Shown here: one piece after another, positions 59,146 to 64,000 of the stretch | Layout of the letters: the number at the start of each line of letters is the position of its first letter | Position numbering within the stretch: position 1 is the stretch's first letter | Assembly (NCBI GenBank): GCA_963804975.1 | Contig: CAWDSG010000002.1 | Location: forward strand, 53,554 to 117,553 | Reading direction: 5' to 3' | DNA length: 64,000 bases | DNA from: an uncultured bacterium | GTDB lineage: Bacteria > Patescibacteriota > Minisyncoccia > Phycocordibacterales > GWA1-40-21 | Made by a program: the position numbers and the translations under genes | Notes under the pieces: model-generated | What the model was told of the DNA's origin: nothing | What the model saw: only the letters and a program-made list of their open reading frames with translations | Database searches by the model: none

Positions 59146-59394
59146 TTGTTTATGGGGGGACAACGACTTTCAACGCCTATTGAAAAAGTTGTAGCAAAGA
59201 ATTTAAAAAAAACAATGGAAAGGAAAAGATTAAGCCAGTTCATTCTGTCGGAAAAAGCGGGAATAAAATATGATACGCTGGAAAACTTTTTGAATGCGGA
59301 TCCTATGCATTTGGCCAATCTGGAGCATTTGGACAAATTGGCCAAAGGGCTAAAGGTTGATGTCAGGGAATTTTTCCGGCCGATTAAAAAATAA
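59146..59394 (+). CDS. XRE-family helix-turn-helix transcriptional regulator
   Basis: LKKTMERKRLSQFILSEKAGIKYDTLENF is an HTH_3 pattern. The stop is followed by a hairpin at 59418-59440 (cccttggtccatagcggaccaaggg) plus a T-run. Confidence 0.6.
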   Translation: MFMGGQRLSTPIEKVVAKNLKKTMERKRLSQFILSEKAGIKYDTLENFLNADPMHLANLEHLDKLAKGLKVDVREFFRPIKK

Positions 59395-59472
59395 AGAAAG
59401 GATAAAAACAAAACCCTTGGTCCATAGCGGACCAAGGGCTTTTTTATAGGAATTTTTAATTGAAACCGGCGG

Positions 59473-60411
59473 CTATTTTTTAGGATTTACGGGATAAAGT
59501 TTTTCGTCTATCACTCGTGTAAAGCAAACATTTCCGATTCCATGCTGCCAATTTTCGTTTGTTGTCGAATTTGTATAAATTGCCGGCATTGCGACATTTG
59601 AATTTGCCGTACTTGTGCTTGCCGCTGTTTTAAATGTGGCACAAAGTTCAAAACTATTTGCCGCAAGTTTTTTGTATTCATAAGGCAATTTTGTTTCCGG
59701 ATCTGTTGGTACTGTATACCCGCTTATCGGATCATTCAAAGCGTTTAAATTTGCCGGAACTGTGCCTTTATTTTGCCATTGCTGATAAACCAACTGGCCT
59801 TGGATGCTTGAAAGATCACTTACTCTTGTTTCATCCATCATTTTTGCTCTTTGCATTGCTGGAGAACCGATGAGAACAATTCCGTAGACAATAGCCGCCG
59901 AAACAACAACCGACACCAAAATTATTTTTATTTTAATTTTTTTGCTGTATTCAAAAACCGTTCTTCTCAAATCATAAAGTGAGGATCTGAACACCACTAT
60001 CGCAACTGCGAGAACAAAGAAAACTTTCAGGAAAAATCTCAAGGTCAGATCTTCTGCGCCGAGAAATCTATATACCAATGTTGCCAAATCAATCGCGATG
60101 GTAAGTCCGGTGACAAAAAGGGTTAGAAAAATCATCCATCTTCTTACCCACATATCTTTTTTCTCCGGATTTATTTTCAAATCTTTATTTACTATTTTTG
60201 ATATGTATAAAAACGCAGGGAAGAAAATGATAAGCGCGGCGATTGCGCCTCTGATCGTGTAATCTGTCTGGCCCAGGTATTCTCCTATGAGCGGAAAAAC
60301 ATTGTCAATTATTTGGAATACCAAAATCAGAAAACTTATCGCGCTTACATAAAGTCCGATAATTATTCCCAATGAAAGAAAAAAATCTTTTGCTGTTGTT
60401 TTTGATTGCAT
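59473..60411 (-). CDS. hypothetical polytopic membrane protein
   Basis: Five or six TM helices in the N-terminal 200 aa, with a C-terminal soluble domain. Confidence 0.4.
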   Translation of the reverse strand: MQSKTTAKDFFLSLGIIIGLYVSAISFLILVFQIIDNVFPLIGEYLGQTDYTIRGAIAALIIFFPAFLYISKIVNKDLKINPEKKDMWVRRWMIFLTLFVTGLTIAIDLATLVYRFLGAEDLTLRFFLKVFFVLAVAIVVFRSSLYDLRRTVFEYSKKIKIKIILVSVVVSAAIVYGIVLIGSPAMQRAKMMDETRVSDLSSIQGQLVYQQWQNKGTVPANLNALNDPISGYTVPTDPETKLPYEYKKLAANSFELCATFKTAASTSTANSNVAMPAIYTNSTTNENWQHGIGNVCFTRVIDEKLYPVNPKK

Positions 60412-60510
60412 AGTTTTAAATTAAATTGATAACATGCTAATTATAGCAGATTAAAGGCAGATTTTCGCAAGGCGAAAATCCGGCCTATAATATGCTATAA
60501 TAACAATATT

Positions 60511-60759
60511 ATGAGTAGACCAATAAAAATTCTTTTATCAATAGTTTCCTTAATTTTATCAATTAATCTCGTAGCGCTTTTTTCTCAATATTTTTTAATT
60601 TTTAATTTAAGTGTTTTGCTAATGTCTTTATTGGTTCTATGGGCATTGGTTTTTTGTATTTTATATTTTAAAACTAATAAAAATTTATTTTTTATTTTAT
60701 CTATAATACCCTTAATAATTTATCTAGTTTTGGTACTCATGAGTGCTCATTCAATATGA
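60511..60759 (+). CDS. small hydrophobic membrane protein
   Basis: 82 aa with three hydrophobic helices. Overlaps the argS start by 4 nt. Confidence 0.3.
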   Translation: MSRPIKILLSIVSLILSINLVALFSQYFLIFNLSVLLMSLLVLWALVFCILYFKTNKNLFFILSIIPLIIYLVLVLMSAHSI

Positions 60760-62477
60760 TTCACGAAATACTCGAAAAACTGATAAAAATTGCGCTTTCA
60801 CAGCTTAAAATAAAAGGCGCGGAAACGGTAAAAATAACCTTGGAACATCCGGAAGATATTTCAAACGGCGATTATTCCACCAATATTGCTATGGTTTTGG
60901 CTAAGCAAATGGCGCAAAACCCGAGGGAACTGGCAGAAAAAATTGTCGCAGAGATTTCAAAAAACAAACCAAAAAAAATTTCAAAAGTGGAAGTTGCAGG
61001 TAATGGGTTCATCAATTTTTATTTATCGGATGATTATTTTATAAAAAGTATTGCCGAAATTTTGAAAGAAAAAGAAAAGTTCGGCAGAAATAAAATTTTT
61101 AAAAAACAAAAATTTTTAATTGACCATACAGACCCGAATCCTTTCAAAGAAGTTCATATTGGACATTTGATGAACAACACAATCGGCGAATCTATTTCGC
61201 GTATAGCCAAGGAAAACGGAGCTGAAGTAAAAGCGGTAACTTATCACGGCGATGTAGGCCTTCATGTGGCAAAAGGAATTTGGGCTTTAAAAAAACATCA
61301 CACAGAGCCGAAAAACATAACAGCAGATATTCTTGGAAATATGTATAAAATCGGGAATACCGCTTATGATGAAGACGAAAAAGCAAAAATAGAAATAGAA
61401 GAAATAAACAAAAAACTTTACGAAAAAGACAAGGAAATTTACAATGGTTATTATTTGCCCGGAAGAAAGGTGAGTTTGGAATATTTTGAATCTCTTTATA
61501 AAAGATTGAACAGCAAATTTGCGCATCATTTTTATGAAAGCGAGGTAAGCGAAATAGGGAAAAAACTTGTTGAAAAAAATATCGGAAAAGTTTTTGAAAA
61601 AAGCGAAGGAGCCATAATTTTTAGAGGAGAAAAATATGGCTTGCATACCAGAGTTTTCATAAATAAACTTGGTTTGCCTATTTATGAAGCGAAGGAGATC
61701 GGGCTGGCAGTACTCAAAAGGAAATTTTTCAAATATGACAAATCCATAACGATAACCGGAAATGAACAGAGCTCGTTTTTCCAGGTTCTTGAAGTTGCGA
61801 TAGGAGAAATTTTTCCGGAATTGAAGGGAAAATTACTGCATGTTTCGCATGGTCTTCTTAAGCTTCCGGAAGGAAAAATGTCCTCCAGAGCGGGACAAAT
61901 TATTACTGTTGAAACGCTAATAAATCAGGTCAAAGAAAAAGTTATGGAAAAAATTTCTAACAGAGATTTTTCCAATAAAGAGAAAGATAAAGTGGCGGAA
62001 GAAGTGGCGATTGGTGCAATCAGGTATTCCATACTGCATCAAACAACAGGAAGAGATATTATTTTTGATTTTGATAAGTCAATTTCTTTTGAAGGAGATT
62101 CTGGACCATATTTGCAATATTCATATGCACGAGCAAAATCAATTTTAAGAAAAGCGAAAGAAGATGGTGTAAGATATAAAGTTAACCCCAGTCAAATAAA
62201 AAACCAATTTGACGGGGCAAGTACTAGCGTACTTGAAAAATTACTTTATAGATTTCCTGAAGTTGTGGAAAGAGCAGGGAATGAATATTCACCGCATTAT
62301 ATTGCTACCTATTTGATTGAACTTGCCTCGGCTTTTAATAATTTTTATGGAAAGGGAAAAATTGTAGATAAAACAGATGTTAATTCACCTTATAAAATTG
62401 CTCTTACAGAAGCATTTTCGATAGTTTTGAAAAACGGGCTCAATTTGCTCGGAATTCAAGCACCGGAAAAAATGTAA
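60756..62477 (+). CDS. argS: arginyl-tRNA synthetase
   Basis: HIGH motif HTDPNPFKEVHIGHLMN and a DALR anticodon-binding C-terminus. Confidence 0.9.
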   Translation: MIHEILEKLIKIALSQLKIKGAETVKITLEHPEDISNGDYSTNIAMVLAKQMAQNPRELAEKIVAEISKNKPKKISKVEVAGNGFINFYLSDDYFIKSIAEILKEKEKFGRNKIFKKQKFLIDHTDPNPFKEVHIGHLMNNTIGESISRIAKENGAEVKAVTYHGDVGLHVAKGIWALKKHHTEPKNITADILGNMYKIGNTAYDEDEKAKIEIEEINKKLYEKDKEIYNGYYLPGRKVSLEYFESLYKRLNSKFAHHFYESEVSEIGKKLVEKNIGKVFEKSEGAIIFRGEKYGLHTRVFINKLGLPIYEAKEIGLAVLKRKFFKYDKSITITGNEQSSFFQVLEVAIGEIFPELKGKLLHVSHGLLKLPEGKMSSRAGQIITVETLINQVKEKVMEKISNRDFSNKEKDKVAEEVAIGAIRYSILHQTTGRDIIFDFDKSISFEGDSGPYLQYSYARAKSILRKAKEDGVRYKVNPSQIKNQFDGASTSVLEKLLYRFPEVVERAGNEYSPHYIATYLIELASAFNNFYGKGKIVDKTDVNSPYKIALTEAFSIVLKNGLNLLGIQAPEKM

Positions 62478-62497
62478 AAATATTATAAAACCAAAAT

Positions 62498-63151
62498 ATG
62501 GATAAAAATATAAACATACCTCCAATAGGAGAAAATAGTCAGGAAAATATAGAAAAAGAAAAGAAACGTCTTGCAGATTTTTTACATGGTTACGATCTTT
62601 CTGAAGAAGAAATTCATTTATTAACTGGTTCTAAAGATGATGTCGAAAGACAGCAAGACATTGATATGTTTAAAAAACATAATATTTCTGAATTCGAAGC
62701 TAATTTATTAATAGATTTGTGTTGGAATAATTTAGAAAATAGAGAATGGATTGAAAAGGAAAAGATTCTTAATTTGCTTAAAGAAAAAGGGTTTAACGAT
62801 GAAACCCGATCTTTTGTAATAAATTGGAAAATGGAACAAAAAATTTTAGTATTTAAAGAAAATACAAGTAAAGCAAGTATTTTACTTTCTCTGGAAATGG
62901 TTGATTTTTATGCCTTTGCAAATAATCTGGAGGAGGTTTTTGCATATCTTAAAGATATTCATAAACAACTAATTTATGATACAAGTCTTACACAAGGAGA
63001 TAAAAAAGAGATTTCTGAAAAACTTTTTGCAAAAATATTTTCTTCCGCGGAAATTGTTCAACAATTGAATATAAAAGAGTTTGACCAAGAAGCCGAAAGA
63101 AGAGATTATACTGAACTTTTTAAAAAAATTGATGGTTTTAAATTAAATTGA
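62498..63151 (+). CDS. hypothetical protein
   Basis: 217 aa, soluble, no motif recognised. Confidence 0.4.
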   Translation: MDKNINIPPIGENSQENIEKEKKRLADFLHGYDLSEEEIHLLTGSKDDVERQQDIDMFKKHNISEFEANLLIDLCWNNLENREWIEKEKILNLLKEKGFNDETRSFVINWKMEQKILVFKENTSKASILLSLEMVDFYAFANNLEEVFAYLKDIHKQLIYDTSLTQGDKKEISEKLFAKIFSSAEIVQQLNIKEFDQEAERRDYTELFKKIDGFKLN

Positions 63152-63160
63152 AAAATAAAA

Positions 63161-63193
63161 AAGAGCGGGACGCAAAGCGTCCCGCTCTTTTTT
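63161..63193 (+). terminator. rho-independent terminator
   Basis: agagcgggacgc aaa gcgtcccgctct followed by ttttttt. Confidence 0.65.
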
Positions 63194-63230
63194 TCCATTA
63201 AAAATCTGATACAATTGAAAAAGCAATAAT

Positions 63231-64000
63231 ATGGCCGAAAAAAACAATCAAAAACAGGAGAAATCGCAAAAAACCGCTGTAAAAAGCAAAATAGCCGAAA
63301 GAGAAGAGGAAATTTTGCAATTCTGGCAGAAAAAGGAAATTTTCAAAAAAACACTTGAAAAGCCGTCAAAAGGCGAATTCATATTTTATGATGGTCCGCC
63401 TTTTGCCTCCGGACTTCCGCACTACGGGCATATTCTTGCCGGCACCATGAAAGATTATATCGGCAGATACGAGACGATGAAGGGTATGTATGTGCCGAGG
63501 CGCTGGGGCTGGGATTGCCATGGCCTTCCCATTGAAAATCTTGTTGAAAAGGATCTGGGTTTGAAATCGAAAAAAGATATAGAAGATTTTGGTTTGGAAA
63601 AATTCAACGATATCGCCCGGACAAAAGTTTTCACTTATGTTGATGACTGGAAAAAAGTTATTCCGAGAATGGGCCGTTTTGTGGATATGGAAAACGATTA
63701 TAGGACGATGAATCCGACATTCACCGAAACTGTCTGGTGGATTTTCAAAGAACTTCATAAGAAAGGTCTGGTTTATGAAGGATTCAAATCAATGCACATT
63801 TGCCCTCATTGCGAGACGACACTTTCCAATTTTGAAGTCGGACAGGGATACAAAGATATCGCCGATATTTCCATAACCGCAAAATTTGAGCTTGCTGACG
63901 AACCGGGAACTTATTTTCTGGCATGGACCACAACTCCGTGGACTTTGCCCGGAAATGTTGCTTTGGCTGTTGGAAATGACATTGATTATGTAAAAATGTC
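63231..64000 (+). CDS. ileS: isoleucyl-tRNA synthetase, N-terminal part (3' end outside window; not in the listed six-frame track, where only a minus-strand shadow ORF 63366-63758 appears)
   Basis: Manual translation gives MAEKNNQ...FIFYDGPPFASGLPHYGHILAGTMKDYIGRY...WDCHGLPIE...LAWTTTPWTLPGN. These are the class I HIGH region and the WTTTPWTLP signature of IleS. Confidence 0.9.
   Translation, partial: MAEKNNQKQEKSQKTAVKSKIAEREEEILQFWQKKEIFKKTLEKPSKGEFIFYDGPPFASGLPHYGHILAGTMKDYIGRYETMKGMYVPRRWGWDCHGLPIENLVEKDLGLKSKKDIEDFGLEKFNDIARTKVFTYVDDWKKVIPRMGRFVDMENDYRTMNPTFTETVWWIFKELHKKGLVYEGFKSMHICPHCETTLSNFEVGQGYKDIADISITAKFELADEPGTYFLAWTTTPWTLPGNVALAVGNDIDYVKM

Noticed and set aside
1-64000. Search for CRISPR arrays, rRNA, IS elements, transposases and integrases
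   Set aside because: No regularly spaced direct repeats, no rRNA-like conserved blocks, and no ORF with DDE/tyrosine-recombinase motifs were seen; the only mobile-type element is the DGR.

Overview
This window is low-GC (about 35-40%) bacterial chromosome, tightly packed with small genes, and its content looks like a reduced-genome Candidate Phyla Radiation / Patescibacteria-type organism. That assignment is inference from gene content and composition. It spans the replication origin neighbourhood, with jag, yidC, rnpA and rpmH on the minus strand divergent from dnaA-dnaN-purF. Other housekeeping genes are PBP1A, tyrS, ruvC, yebC, ruvB, polA, tig, nusA, metG, tatD, secE-nusG-rplK, dut, argS and ileS. 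Type IV pilus genes are two pilB-like ATPases, pilC and four prepilin-like genes. A VirB4/VirB2-like T4SS remnant sits at the 5' edge. Three accessory islands stand out. (1) A complete diversity-generating retroelement (DGR) at about 11.1-13.7 kb. It has a target gene whose 3' 100 bp (VR) differs from a downstream 100-bp template repeat (TR) at 16 positions, every one a TR adenine. It also has an Avd-like four-helix-bundle gene, a reverse transcriptase carrying the DGR-specific GxxxSQ motif and a G10 tract in its 5' end, and elevated GC over VR/TR. (2) A putative RiPP locus at 34.4-38.1 kb. It holds a radical-SAM/SPASM maturase followed by an unannotated 44-codon Cys/Asp/Tyr-rich peptide gene with a strong SD and its own terminator, then an HExxHxxxH metallopeptidase-like gene, flanked by two small lipoproteins. 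(3) A pyrimidine-metabolism cluster at 53.6-59.0 kb: an 807-aa protein with a thymidylate-synthase-fold segment fused to about 440 aa of unknown domains, a tandem-domain cytidine deaminase, an unknown protein, dUTPase, a HAD phosphatase and a Nudix hydrolase. The listed six-frame ORF track omits rpmH, the RiPP precursor and the TR-encoded micro-ORF, all below its 60-aa cut-off; the 3'-partial ileS is also not listed. No CRISPR array, rRNA, convincing tRNA, transposase or integrase was found.
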